Below, piece after piece: positions 10,486 through 24,054 of a DNA stretch of 33,000 bases. Positions within the stretch are counted from its first letter, which is position 1. Every line of letters begins with the position of its first letter. Both the position numbers and the translations under genes were made by a program. The stretch spans positions 279,001 to 312,000 of the forward strand of contig NW_021832221.1 of the NCBI RefSeq assembly GCF_006345805.1. The letters run 5' to 3'. The notes below the pieces were generated by a model, which did no database searches, had not been told where the DNA came from, and was given only the letters and a program-made list of their open reading frames with translations. Origin of the DNA: Octopus sinensis (taxonomy: Eukaryota).

Positions 10486-13400
10486 ATGAAGAAAGGGAAT
10501 GAAAACATTGAGAATTTTTATAATAAATTAAACTATGAAATTAATAATCTCGAGAAACTTATCCAGGATGAAAGTTTTGAGTCACTGACAAAATCAATTC
10601 CCAGGTAAGTACAAGTGCACCATAAATCCTTAGTTCTATCCTGAATCCTAAAAATGTAAATTATTACAAACTTGAAATTCAAAAATCCCTCGCAGAAACT
10701 CTTACAGTCTTAGATTATGTTGCTGAATTCTTAGATACCCTGCTCGAAAGGACCTATCCAAGCTAATGAAATTTTGAGAAAGGATCTTAAAGAACGGGAG
10801 AATCCTTTTTATACACCAGAATCTCTCCCCAGCATTTTGAATACAGTCATTTGCCGCAAATAATGTTGTTAGTTCTTTATGTCCCGCATTCATACTTTAT
10901 CCCGTTGCAAGTATTTGCAGTTGATGAGATGGAAGAGAATATGCAACAATTCTAAAGTGACTGGGCAACATTACGACCAATTCAGTCTTTTTATTGAGTC
11001 ATAAATACTTTGTAACTAAATAGATCTCTGATTGCGGAATATGACGGCGACCGTGACAGAATCTCAAAATACCAGAGAATGACAGAAAACCCTGATTCCA
11101 CTGAAGAAATCACGAACGTGGAAGATATACGAATATTATTATACGATCTAATTTTTAACTCAGTTGTTAAACGAAAGATTTCGCTTTATTGCCAAGTTTG
11201 ATGTCACTATAAACGAATAGTTGATAAATAGGATCGACGTGACCTCGGAGACCCAAGATTTTACTCAACCAGGGTTTTTCTAATCTGGATTATATTGTAG
11301 AAATATTCAAAATGACCATTTCAAAGATATCAACTCTGACTATTTCCACAAAAATATCCAACTAATATTGCAAAAGAATAATTCTACTTTGGACATAAAT
11401 AACATTAACAGTGAAGCCGATGAACTTGAATTGTTATCTTGGGCAAATCAGATATTTAAGTCTGAGTTCATTTCGACTGGAAACCTTTTTAATTTCAAGT
11501 TGTACTCAATCAAAGAAGTTAGTTTTAATGTACTACAAAACATAGAATATAACACCGTGTGTAGAAAATACAATGATCAAACCATCCAGCTGGAGATCAC
11601 TTGTAAATATATTTCCCCGGGCAAATTACCGGAGTGCATATTTTGATGCAAAATTGAAGGACATGAAAAACTATGATCGATCACTAGAAATAGCAAGTCA
11701 GTTCATTTCCCATCACGATATAAAAGTAAGAAATTTTCCACATTCTAGCATGTCAAAAAAGCACTAACTAGACATTGTCATATTGCGAAAGACATTGCGA
11801 AATACTCAGAGATCAATGTTAATTCGAAAAGCCACTACAAAGAATTTTGGAAATTAATCTACGGTGATTTGGACGCTTCCGTTGAAGAAAAGTATTTTTT
11901 TATGTGAATACCATTAAAGTTGCGGTGATTCGGAAGATATGCATAAACTTCTTGGCATAATGACTAACTCACGTTCTCAGGCACAAGAAAGCGGTTTTTA
12001 ATTTTCCAGCAAATATTTAGCCGACGATGAAGACTATTTTGGTACAGTCTCTAACCATGGGCTGTACCTTTCCTATCAACTTCTCAGATTTGTTGAGATC
12101 AAAAAACTTCAGCGAAAAGTTATATTGTATTTAAATATTTCAGTGTCTTGGGATTTTAAACTATTTCATGTCTGTAGAACGAATCATCACAATTTCAGAC
12201 TCCTGTGTGGTCGTGGGTGAGGACAAAGTTCATAGTACATGGTTTGTAGTCACCGAGTGCTCATTTGTAGTACAACTGGCCGTAAAAATAATGAACACAG
12301 ATTAGAAACATTTGATTACCTTTATGACTCGCCTCTTGACTACATGTGTTTTTAATAATAAACCGAATGAGTAGGGTACATGAAGTAGATTTTATGGAAT
12401 TTTCTGACATCAAAAGTCACTTTGACTTTTATGTGGAACAGGATGGAGTTCTCCACACTGTTGATTCGCGTGGGATGTACGTAGTATACGACGAGGCAAT
12501 CAAAATCAACAAGTATTGTAAATAACTCTAAAAATAAAGTGAACTCCAAAAAGAGCTTTTGTCAGTAGCTTCTTACTATTTGAGAAGAAAATATTCAATT
12601 CACAGAGACAGAAAAAATTCTGTATGTGTTTAAACATTATGCAGATGAGTCCTCATATCGTGGAAGAGTTCGAGAGAATTGACAGATTCGAGATTTTATA
12701 CGATATTTGGCAGTGTGAATGGAAGTACTTACAAAGCAAATTGAAAGTTAAAAACGTTCGAGTATATGTTAGCTCGTCAATTTCTTCTTTGAAATCCTCC
12801 TCAACTCATTAGACAAAAAAGTTATTAACAAACTCAATCAAACGATAATTGACAAAATATATGAACGACCTCGTTTTGACGGAGAAGAAGAATATTTCAA
12901 ACAAACTTACGATATAGAAGAAGAGTGCAACGAGAGGTATTATCAGTTGATGGTCGGGATTGGTCTTGATCTGGTTAGATGCTGAAATTAAAAGTATTTA
13001 GGTAAAAGGACAAAGACGCTTTGACTCAATGTTCAAAAACTCAGCCAGTTTATTAGGAATCAACTCTAGATCAAGCGAATTTGAGGACGACCTTGTGTCA
13101 ATAAATTATGGAAGGTAGTATTTATCCGTTTTTTCTGGCCCGCCATATGTCCATTTCATTTTTGTGAGTTTCAGGAGAGTTTAGCTGGGTTGTTGAATGT
13201 GGAAGAATCGTTCTGCTTGTTAAAACTTGTAAAATGAATTGCCTATAAAATAGGATTTAGAAAAGCCCATTTCTAAAGATTCAATTCGTTTTCTACAAGC
13301 ACATATCAGTATAATAAAAGAAATGCAGTCACTGTGGAGTAACTGTGATTTATACGAAGGATCCATAACCAGCATTTCAACTAATGTTTACTTAATTATT

Positions 13401-16400
13401 TATCTAGGTCTTTAACCCTATTCTTGACAATCCAATATTTGTCGGTAATTTTGCTGCTAAAATATTTAACGAAAAATCAAAAGAATGGTTAAGGTTAATT
13501 TGCAATCTATTAGAGGTTAGAGACTCTTTTTACCTCTAGGGAGTCAAAATCAGGGACAACTTAATAAAACTAATTCAAGAAAAATACGTGCTGATGAAAG
13601 TTTAGTTTACATTATTTTATCTTAGGATTACAAGGAAAACCTTCTGGCAAGTAAAATAGACGAATACCATCTCTACATGCGATACGTGCAGTTTGATTAC
13701 TACTCAGATGGTCAGAAAAACGGCGGAAAAGACGAGATTGACCAGTATTTGACTTAGCTTAATTTTGTAGATACATTCCCAAGAAGGTAGGTCTTTGCAT
13801 TGAGGAAATCGACAACGTCCACCTAAACAGTTTCGACCTTACTACGGTCGAGGGAATAAAAAATGTATTTAGAAATATAAAATGTTTTAGTTAATTTTTA
13901 CCTCGGATTTGGAGAATATGAGATCTGCCGAGTTGGTCGAGACAGTCAACTGCAATTTGCTATATGCCGCTCTATTATACATGAAGACTTTTTCCTCTAA
14001 AAGTGAAAAGAGAAAATCGTAAAAGTAAATTTGATATGAAATAGAATTTTTGGAATGTATGATGCTTTTTCTTCTAAAAATGGTAATGATAGCTCGCAGA
14101 TGACTTCTTTCAAAATTAAAAATTTAAACCCATCAAGCAATATCTTTTACAAATTTCCAGAATTTATTTCAATTCAACTTCTAAAGGTTAGTTGTAAATA
14201 ATTATAAACAAAATTAGAGACCCATAAGAGACAAAATGTTACAGGATTTTGCAATAAATTGCAAGCAAAAGGGGATCATTATGAGCAATGTCGAAGAATT
14301 GCAAAAGAATAAAAGGTATATCAAAAATACCGGATTTTAGGAATTTTGTTATCATTTTTTGCCGCTCGTTGCAGGAAAGAGTAGAGGAACTTCTCCTTAG
14401 ATCAGGAATTTGCACATTTTATCAGGAAATTTATGAATTACTTGAAGACTTTGTGGCCATTAGGTTGATGTATTCTATTTTTATTTTAAAGAAATGGGTA
14501 TTTTTCAACACATAGTGAGTCGGAAGACAACCAAAGTGAAGAAAATAACAAAATCTGGTTAAAATAAAATATTTATTCAGCAGGAATACAAGAGAAAATT
14601 CAGTAATTTCTCCCTGTGGAGATAAAATTGGGAATATATTTTATTTGCCAGATATTCCTGAAATATTAAATTTATATCAAAATAATCTAAAAAAGAAAGA
14701 CTTGCTTGAGAAACATTTTCAATTGATTGGAAATCTTTATGGACTTGTGAGTTATCTGTGCATTCTGACAACATTCGAAAAACATTTATTCACTAAGTAT
14801 AAGAATAGGAACGAAGTAAATTTTGCTACGTGGGGAGGGCAAACAGAAATCGGTAAATAGTTAAAAATGAATTTTTATAGGAAAAAATTTGCATGAACTA
14901 CAAAGATCAATCGACCAATTAAGGTTGGAAGAAAATTCCATCTCAAAAACAATCGAATTACTTTCCCTAAAGAGGAATATCATTTTCCTAACACTAAATA
15001 CGTCCTTCAATCTCATTAAAGAAGATTTATCAGGAAATCAAGTTACAAATTCCGTTTTATATTTATAAATTGATTCAACAGATACTGGCCCAAAAAATGG
15101 ATATCATTAAATTTCGTCTAAGCGAATTTGAAGAAATCGTACCTTATTTTAAATGTAAGTTAGAATAAAATAACATGTAGGGGAATCAAAACAAATCCTG
15201 AAAAACGTAGGACATCATACTTATTATCATTTGAAATGTCTTTTTTATGGATTCCAACGTATCTCGAGGTCTGTTATAGTTAGTTTTATACATTTATTAG
15301 AGAAAAGTTGCATGGAGTCATCACAAGCGTGTTTATACTTCTTGATGAATTGCTTAAACATGGAAATACGATAGGAACATGTCTTAGTCTTTTTGATGAT
15401 AATCCCAAACTTGTTAAATCACTGACGTTGGAAGATCAAGAGTCATTCAGTGATCAGTTTTGGACAAACAATAGTCACAGTTTACTTAAAAAGCCCTGCG
15501 CTTTGGACAAAGTCGTTAATTCAATCGAAAGCCTTTATTTACAAAAGATTTTCCTTCTGATGGCTTTGAAACAGATGAAACTTAAAAAACGCTGGCTTTT
15601 TTACAAAAATGCGAGCATTGCAACATTCCTACCAGACGAGTAGATTTGAAAAAATTGTTAAAAATTAGGAATATTTACGAACGTGAAATAAGAGAACCTA
15701 TATTTACTCTCATCCCCACTTCTAAAAAAATCAATAACCACGGATTCTTCAGTTTTTATCCAAACCAAACCGCAGACAACATTTCGTCATTCGAACTACT
15801 TTTTAAATCAAAAGAAGTATACATTAATAATAAAATTTCAAGATTTTAGTCTTATTGGAGAGGTTGGAGTGTCTGTGTGTAGAGGAAGTAACCAAACGAA
15901 TCCAAAAACAGTTCGTATTAGCATTAGCGGAAAAGCAGCGAAGCGAAGAGACTCTTCCAGTTGATTTATGGAGAAAGAAAGTTAAGCTGTAAATATTTAT
16001 ACATTTAGGGCGTCGAAGAAACCCTAACACTGAATCGACCTAATATTATCGAGAAATTGTGCGAGAAAGTGTCATTAATAGCAAAGACCGATGAAAAGAA
16101 TCAATTGATTATAAGCCAAAGTGAATTAACAAAAATTCTCCAAGATGCTAAAAGTCAAGTTTTTAAAAGAGAAAGAGAGAATTTTGAAAAGTAAGGATAT
16201 CTTTAAATATCTGTAAGTTATACAGCATACTACCAGACATTGTTGAATCATCACAACATTTTATTGCAGTCAAGAGAACAAGTTCTTATTTTATAATCTT
16301 TTTACTATAAAGGAGATTAGCAAATTAAGATACAAACTAAATCTGAGAGAAGCTTCCTCTAAGACGGAAGCACTGCTCAGTCTTGCTACATTGACACACT

Positions 16401-17668
16401 CTCAGATATTAGGTCTGTACTAATTGATTTAAAATAGAAAATAACTCTTTGAGGTTCCGAATTGACTATTTGGAGACAAAGCTCAAATCCACTCGACAAA
16501 TAGTGGAGAGTGAGTTTTCCGAACATTACGGAATGGCTGTGAATAGGCTTCTAAATGCATATAATAATCAATCTGCTGCTCTAAATATATATACGTGAGT
16601 TCTAATAGTTCATTATAGATTGGATTATGAAGAAGAAATACTCAAAAGTATCAAAGAATGTCGTTCAGAAGGGCTAAATAATATCATGAAAATGAAAGTA
16701 CAGCCGAGTGGTTTGCTTTCATGAGCTAACAATTGCAGTCAGTTCTATAGAGGAACAGCCGACGGACAATATGGCAGTGGAGCTTGCTGATGGCAAAAAA
16801 ACTGATGAGATTCTCCGGACTGTAAATAAGTGGATAGTTTTTTATAACGAACACAAAAAACAGAGAAAAGTAAAAGAAGAGGCTGTTTATTTAGATGTTT
16901 GAATTGGAAAGAGAACTAAAAAAAATAAAAATGAGTCATCTTAAAGCACAAATGGTGAAAAATAACGAGGACGAATACTATCGAGGAATGTTTCAATTGA
17001 TGGAAGACAAATTAAAAATTGAAGAAAATAAAAACTACCATCTTTCCATGCAACTTGCTAAAAACGTATAGCGGTCAAAAATTGACTTTATTTCTAAAAT
17101 TTAGGTCGAATTATTAGATTCAAAGACCAAAGAGGCGAAAATTCAAGCTGAGGGACTAAAACAGTTGGATGCATTAAAAAATCAAAATTACAAAAATATG
17201 GTATTATTTATTCAGAATGATATTGTAGAAAGAAGAACTGATTGCGAAAGAGCAAGAACTTTCAGAAAGAAATCACGCAATTCAGGAAATGTCACAGCGA
17301 TATCATTCAGAGATTTCAAATTATAAAAAGGAAGAAAAATTTGCAAAAGAACGGATTAAAAAGGAGTCTTCTCTTAAACTTCGTTCATTTAATGAAGTAA
17401 AACAACTAAAAGAACAAGTAATGACAAATTAATGTATAAAGATTTATGGTGTGGAAAATAGATCGGTTACATTCTGTTCTCTTCCCAGTAGAAACAACAC
17501 TCCAAGTTCAGGTGAAGTTACAAATATAATGAAACAGGATATGCAAGTCTGCGTTCAGTGTTGAAGCAGCCACAAAGCACTTTTCATGGATCGAACGCAT
17601 ACTCTTTGAGAAGAGTGCAGAGTGCCAGATACGACTCGAGGAATAAGACTTTAAAGAAGATTGAATAA
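10486..17668 (+). CDS. CCDC162: CCDC162-like protein (N-terminal DUF4549, C-terminal coiled coil), several dozen micro-introns
   Basis: The spliced N-terminus reads ...YTPESLPSILNTFFMSRIHTLSRCKYLQLMRWKRIC..., a DUF4549-like pattern (recalled). Internal blocks read LGILNYFMSVERIITI and DFMEFSDIKSHFDFYVEQDG. The C-terminal coiled coil reads ENNSLRFRIDYLE...IKECRSEGLNNIMKMK. Frames rejoin through 22-39 nt GT-AG introns to TAA at 17666-17668. The start codon and part of the middle (about 13700-15300) were not fully resolved. Confidence 0.7.
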
Positions 17669-17789
17669 TGCAAAATTTAGAGTTCAATATTATACTTAAA
17701 AATAATAAAATAACAGTAAATAAATAATTGGATATTTTAATTTACCGAGATTTGGGATTACATGGTTTGGGATATTTTATTTTCTCACT

Positions 17790-18868
17790 TTTTTCTCATT
17801 CTCACCTTAATCCCTAAACATCGACAGGCAAAGTTCTTTGACAAGAGAATCAGGTCATATCGTTTGTTATCTATTTAATACAGATGGGATTATTTAGACT
17901 GTTGTTTGCTAGAATCTTAGTTTATCAGAATTTTATGTTCAAATATTCGAATATGTGGATTAATAATAATCAAACTAATTCTTCAACTTCTTCCTCAAAT
18001 AATTTCCTATTCATCGAGATTTTGTCGGACACATGATGGAAAGTGTGGACTTTTTACCAAAAATTTTTATTTATCTTTGTCAAAAAATTTTATTTGTATT
18101 AATTTAAATTCGCATGTTTTAGGTTTTACATCGTTTGTGTTGGTGTGTGTTAAACTAGTTATCGTGATATAAAATTGCAACTTTTTATTATAATTTTGCT
18201 ACATCATGATTATCTGTATTAAGAGGAACATGGGATACTGTTCTATCGATTTGCAGAAACAATTTTATTTGATATCAGTAGACCTATCCGATTTAGTCCT
18301 GTCTAACAACAGAGATCTCATAAACTAATTTATCCACTCCTCCCAGCAATTCGCAATTTCGAGAACCCATGATAAAGGCAATCCTGTGACGTTTTCTGTC
18401 CTTGAAAGTCACCGAATCCTCGATCTGGCGGGACCCTTTTTTAGTAATATTTTTCAGCATAATGGTTTTCTTCAATAAATTAGACCGCCGACATATTTAA
18501 AGAACGATTGTATCCACATGTTCTCTTATTTTGAACGTTCATGGATTCTCAGTAAACTCTTTCAACATCAAAGTTTGAAAACATCCATTTTTAGTCGATC
18601 TGCATTTTTCAGTATTCATATTTCAGCGAAGTTAATAAACTGGATTTGTGGGACCGATCGGTCTCCCCCGCTTTTTACTTGCTGCTGGTTTCCTAAAAGA
18701 TAGCGAAAGAGGGGATTAACTAATTGGATAAATGATAAAAAGATTGGAAAAGAAGATAATAATTGATAAAGATTGAATAAGAATGATTATAATATCCACA
18801 AGAATCAATCGCGAAAGTGCTATGTTGTTGTTGACAACCAATATAAAAGAACATGGACGGCAATACAT
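17790..18868 (-). CDS. Possible unassigned spliced gene (hydrophobic stretch, KKRGRP motif, short ORF 18293-18475)
   Basis: Exon-like blocks are separated by intron-like GT..AG segments, but I could not build one continuous frame. Confidence 0.25.
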
Positions 18869-18904
18869 TGATTATAAACTTATATTAAATGTACTGTTTC
18901 GTCA

Positions 18905-21900
18905 ATGAACTTAACCAGTAACAAGATTGACAGTGAATACATCCCTATTTATATGAACGAACTTCACTCACTGCACCAAGTTGAGATAAATCGGCTACAT
19001 CTTGTTTTAGATGGCGAGAGATGGAACTGGTGAAGAAATCACAAAATTGTTGGGAATCATGTTTAAAAAATTCTCTCATTCGAAATTCATTAAAAAAATA
19101 AATAAATTAGACGACAGCGGGCAGAGTCCTCTGCACTGCGCAGTCCGATCAAATAACGTTGAGGCAATCGATGTGCTCCTTCTTCACGGGGCTGGTTATA
19201 TTTTTATTTTGAATAAAGATGTAAATTGCCGGGGAGAGGACGATGTAACTCCGCTAATGACGGGAGCCAGATCCAGAAATGAATTCAAATCTGCCGAAGT
19301 GCTATTTTGTCATTTAAACTACATTTAGGAAGAGAAGAATGACGAAGAATTGACTTTTAACAGACTCAAAGAAAACAACGCAGACCTAAATCAGACAGAC
19401 ATCTACGGACAAGGAGCTATTCACTACGCAGTGATGAGAAACAACGTAAATATGCTTCGACTACTTCTCCAATGCGATCAAATCATCATCGAAGTTCGAG
19501 TCATTAAAAATACAAAAATAGTTAAAAGACAAACAAGGAATGAGTCCGGCTCATTTTGCTGCTGCATATGGCCATTTTGACGTTATGGAGATGCTGATTG
19601 AGAAGGAGATTAGTCTTCTTTCTTTTGATATTTTCTGTCAAACTCCTCTCCATCTGGCAGCCAGTGCTCAGGATGCACGAATCTGCAAGCTTGTTCTTGA
19701 AACTCTGAAGAAAAAACACCCACAAGATTTTGATTCTGTAAAGAATCATATATTCAAAGTCTCAGATTGTAAATATGAAGGACTCTGAAAGTAAGGCTCC
19801 TCTTCACATTGCAATCGAAAAAGAAAACTTCTCAGTGGCTAAATTACTGATTTCAAACGGGGCCGACTGTACAAAAACTTCCTACCAAGATAACTTTCCC
19901 ATTCATTTGGCCGCAAAAGGGAACTCAGTGGAAATCATCAATCTCCTAGTTTCTGCCAAAGCACACGTAAACTGTGTAAATGCCCGTGGTGAGACTCCTC
20001 TCCATGTCTCCGCGGCATTTGACAAACCAGAAAACATTGAACTTTTGATAAAATAGTCAACAAATTATTTATTTCTTAGTAAAGCCAACCTGGAAGCACG
20101 GGAAATTGACAGGTTCACTCCAATGATGATTGCTGCGTCATTTGGAAATACAGACTCAGTCCAAATTCTTCTGAAGCATGGTTCAAGGATTGCCAGTATT
20201 GACAAGAACGACAGAAATTCTATTTTTCTTGCAGCTCAGGAGAACCAATCTGTCACTCTCACGGTATGACCTCAGAACTTAAATTAGGTGTTGCTCGACA
20301 GTTGTTCGATGGCTTCAAAGAACTCTTTGGTGAATGTGACCGACCGTTTTGGAGACACGGCTCTTCATAAAGCTAGTGAGAAGGGATATTTCAAGATTGT
20401 TGAGGTGTCAAAAGTCGTGTTTAGTCATCTACAGATTCTGATAAACCACGGATCCAACTGTACTCTCAAAAATGACAGTGAGCAGACAGGCATGCATTTC
20501 GGAGCTCAAAATGGATTTTTAAAGTATTTTGTCAAACGGAAACAACAGAGTTGTCAAAATCCTTGCAAAACATGACAACTCGTTGATCCACGGCGAAGAC
20601 GAAAACTCCAATACCCCCCTCCACTTGGCTGCCTTAAACGGACACAAGGAAGTTGTAAAATTTCTCATTGAGAATAACGCAGACATGAAGCCAGGTTGGT
20701 TATTTGCATAAACACAGAAACCAATTTTTATGGACACCTCTCGACTGTGCGGCAACAAATGGCAATGTCAAAGTATGTCGAATATTGCTTAATGACGACG
20801 CCCCAATCGATGCAAAGGATCGTGCAAATGTTGCATTTATTTATATTTGATAAGACAACTCCACTTCATTTGGCATCCGCTTCAGGACACTGTGACGTGG
20901 TGAGTCTTCTCATCGACGAAGGTGCTGATGTGACCATAAGAGATTCAAATGGATTCAATTCTCTGGACAGAGCTATTTCTACCAATCATCAGTCTCTTTG
21001 CAATTCTCATGTTTTAGAGAAGTTGCTCAAACAATTTTGAGTTCATGTAAATGGAGAGAAGCACTCAGAAATCAATATTTTTGCGACAATCGCAAGCAAA
21101 TTATAACTCCAATGAGAGAACTCATCCAGAAAATGCCCGGTTTGTGTCGTGACCAATCATTTGCAGATGTGGCATACATGGTCATGTCCTCAGCAATCAC
21201 AAATAACAATAAATCAAACATCGATCCTTCGTTTTCTATTACATACAACTACGAGTTTTTGGACGATATGTTTGCAGATTGGACAGATATGAACTCGGAA
21301 GTACTCAGCGTCGAAGGTTGTCGTCCCCAAAATGATTTTGGTTAGGAAATAAGGAAACTATAACAAGATATAGCATCACTCCTCAGAGAAAAGACAAAAT
21401 AGTCCATACACTGGAATGGATGGTTTTATTCTAACGTGAGTGTTAAGGTCAAATATAAAAAGAAAGAGCTCCTGGGACATCCCCTGGCTATGGAATTGAT
21501 CCATTCAAAGTGGGTTAACTATGGACAGTATTTCTTTTATATAAACATGCTATTCTCTCTGATATTCACAGTGGCACTCACCACTTATTTGTATCTGTCA
21601 AATTCACCAAAGTTTGTATTTATTGACAAATTAATTCAGTCTTCAAAATTCAAGTATTCCAGGATGTCGTTCGGCCTATTTGTCTCCAAATTATCTTGTC
21701 ATTGCTGACGTTTGCAAATATATTGCATTTGTCACTTCTGGATGCCTGTTTTTGAGGGAAATTGCTCAGTTGATCAGAGCTCCGCTTAAATACATTTCTT
21801 TCACGAATATTATGGACGTTTGTTCATTCACATTCTGTATCTTTGCTCTTCTAGATTTCACGAACTGCAACAGAGAAACTGGAATTCGAACTGTAACTGT

Positions 21901-22791
21901 ATGATCTCACTCCTAGAGCTGGCAATGGCAACTGGCAGTGGTTTCGGTTTTTCTTGGATGCATGAATACGATTTTAATTATGCAGAAATTTGCCTTATTC
22001 GGGATTTATGTGGTCATGTTTTTCAATATCCTTAAAACTTTCTTGAAACTTTCGATAGTATTGGTTCTGTTCATTGCCTCTTTCGGAATACTTTTTTATT
22101 TACTACTCAAAAATCAGGTAGTCTTTAATTCAGCATTCTGAGGCACCGTTTGATGGATCGATCGTATTTCTAAAAACGTTGGTGATGATGATTGGAGAGA
22201 TTGACTATCAGACAATATTTAATTCAAATGAGACGATTCCTTATCCATTTGTGACATATCCGCTCTTCATTTTATTCATAATTTTTATGATAATAATTGC
22301 AATGAACTTGCTGGTCAGGAAATAATTCATCAAATATAGGTCGGTTTGGCAGTCGACGATATCAAGGGAGTTCAGGAAGAGGCGGTGCTACAAAAAATTG
22401 CAAAACAGGCATGACTTGTGTTTTAATTATCAGGTCGAACTTTTGATGGAAGCTGAACGATTTCTGGGAAAAAATATTATTAGAAAATTCGCAGATAATA
22501 AAAGAACTTTTTATCCAAATCAGCGAAAAAAATATATGGGATTGTTTTACTACTTTGACGAACCAGTCAAATACAACTCAGAAGAATCGTCGAAAGAGAA
22601 TAATGTTTGTTTATTATAATAACAAATAGCAAACAATAAATAGCATCATCGACGAACAAGAAAAAATGAAGACCAGTTTTAAAATTATTAAGAAAGGGAT
22701 TGTCGGGATTAGAAAAGATCAGGAAAGAATGAAAAAATTGTTGACTAAATTGGTCGGTGAAGATGAAACTGATTACGACAGTGATATTTGA
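18905..22791 (+). CDS. TRPA1: TRPA1-type ankyrin-repeat cation channel, about 20 micro-introns
   Basis: There are many ankyrin repeats (SPLHCAV, TPLHLAA, APLHIAI, FPIHLAA, WTPLDCAA). The pre-S1 region reads ELLGHPLAMELIHSKW, followed by six TM segments including FGIYVVMFFNILKTF and the pore region KTLVMMIGEIDY. S6/TRP-like reads MNLL|VGLAVDDIKGVQEEAVLQKIAKQ|VELL, then a coiled coil and TGA at 22789-22791. One apparent 1-nt frameshift lies near 20690. Confidence 0.92.
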
Positions 22792-22849
22792 TATTCTAAA
22801 TTTATCTAATAAAATTAAAAAGCTTTAACCTATTTAAATTTGAGAAATA

Positions 22850-23478
22850 TACGGTAGTCGCAGATAATCAGGAAAATGACCAATTACCCAACAACATCGC
22901 TTCAGAAGTGATTCTTCTGAAGATTCACCTAAAGAAATCTTGTTACGACTGCTACTTCATTTAAATGAGTAGGGTCGGGTGCCAACTCGAATTCTATACG
23001 ATTCAACAATTTCATCAAATCATCCATCGGTAGTAGTGTCTACATCTAGCAAGGACGTAGTCACTGCAGGTTTTAGACCTGCGATTACTCGTGAACACAT
23101 AATAATTTTAAACCTCGATTAAGACTTAGATCAGATAAAACTCAATATTTCATCGCTGAATAATTGAATGATAAATATGGGTTTATTAGATCAATTTAGT
23201 CATCAAAAAAAAAGAACAGTCCAAGGAATTTGCGTGTAGGGCGCATTGAATTGAAAACCACGAATGTATCAACCTCGGTTTAGCCCCAGAAGATTTTTCG
23301 GATATTTTTTCAACTAAAAGCTCATTTCGAAGGTGGCGTATTTAATCTCCCACTTTCGCCAGTTTAGGGCAATCCTACGAAGTAATATCAACTTCGAAAA
23401 GAAATGAAAGAGAGAAATTGTCAATAAAACGGAATGAAATATCCGAAAAATAAAATGTTCGGAGACCTTCGAGCTCAT
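22850..23478 (-). CDS. Possible small unassigned spliced gene between TRPA1 and UBE2M
   Basis: A 55-codon ORF starts at ATG 23478. A downstream block reads AGLKPA|TLLPMDDLMKLLNRIEFELAPDPTHLNE across a 25-nt GT-AG intron. No complete model was obtained and the strand is uncertain. Confidence 0.25.
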
Positions 23479-23493
23479 TAATCAAAAAATAAA

Positions 23494-24054
23494 TTATATA
23501 ACTCGATCATAAACAGTGCCATTCATAGCATTGCCTTGCATCGTCCACCGAACATTTCTCTCTAAAAGCCCCAAATCAAGATCATTCGCTGCATCTTTAT
23601 TAAGAGCATCCTTGGAGGACATTTCATCAAACAACAAACAAAGAGAATAAACCACCGATCCTAAATCAATGGTCGGAATCCAATTGTCCCTAAAAATATT
23701 CCAATATTTACCCACCGCAGAAAACTGAGGCAAACAGCCCCAGAAGGGTCGATGTTTGGATGATAAATCACATTGCAGCAAACTATCGAAGGAGCACGAA
23801 AGGGGTATTCATCGGGGAACGTGAATTTAAAATTAAATTGCCCTCCTTTGTAGAACCCCTAAAGTAACTACCAATAATTATACGGATTGAGGAGATATTT
23901 TAATATAGAAATATTCATTTTTTGATGGATGGGGGAAAGTGAGAGAGCAGTGAGAAGGGATTTTAAGATTTTCGATATCATAATTTATTCGATTTAAGCA
24001 TCTGAGATTTGGTTTTATAGATTCATTTTCGAATTCGGTATAAAGACGAAACAT
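23494..24054 (-). CDS. UBE2M: NEDD8-conjugating E2 enzyme Ubc12/UBE2M-like, 169 aa
   Basis: Introns 23859-23883 (25 nt) and 23690-23715 (26 nt) give 510 nt. The sequence includes GFYKGGQFNFKFTFPDEYPFRAP, the catalytic HPNIDPSGAVCLSFLRDNW, and a Ubc12-like tail ALNKDAA...RNVRWTMQG...YDRVI. Confidence 0.88.

Noticed and set aside
18293-18475. GGVDKL resembling the piggyBac MGGVD motif
   Set aside because: The surrounding spacing does not fit, and there are no TTAA-flanked TIRs.
22900-22922. Inverted repeat CTTCAGAAG-N5-CTTCTGAAG downstream of TRPA1
   Set aside because: A 9-bp stem is expected by chance, and bacterial-type terminators do not apply here.
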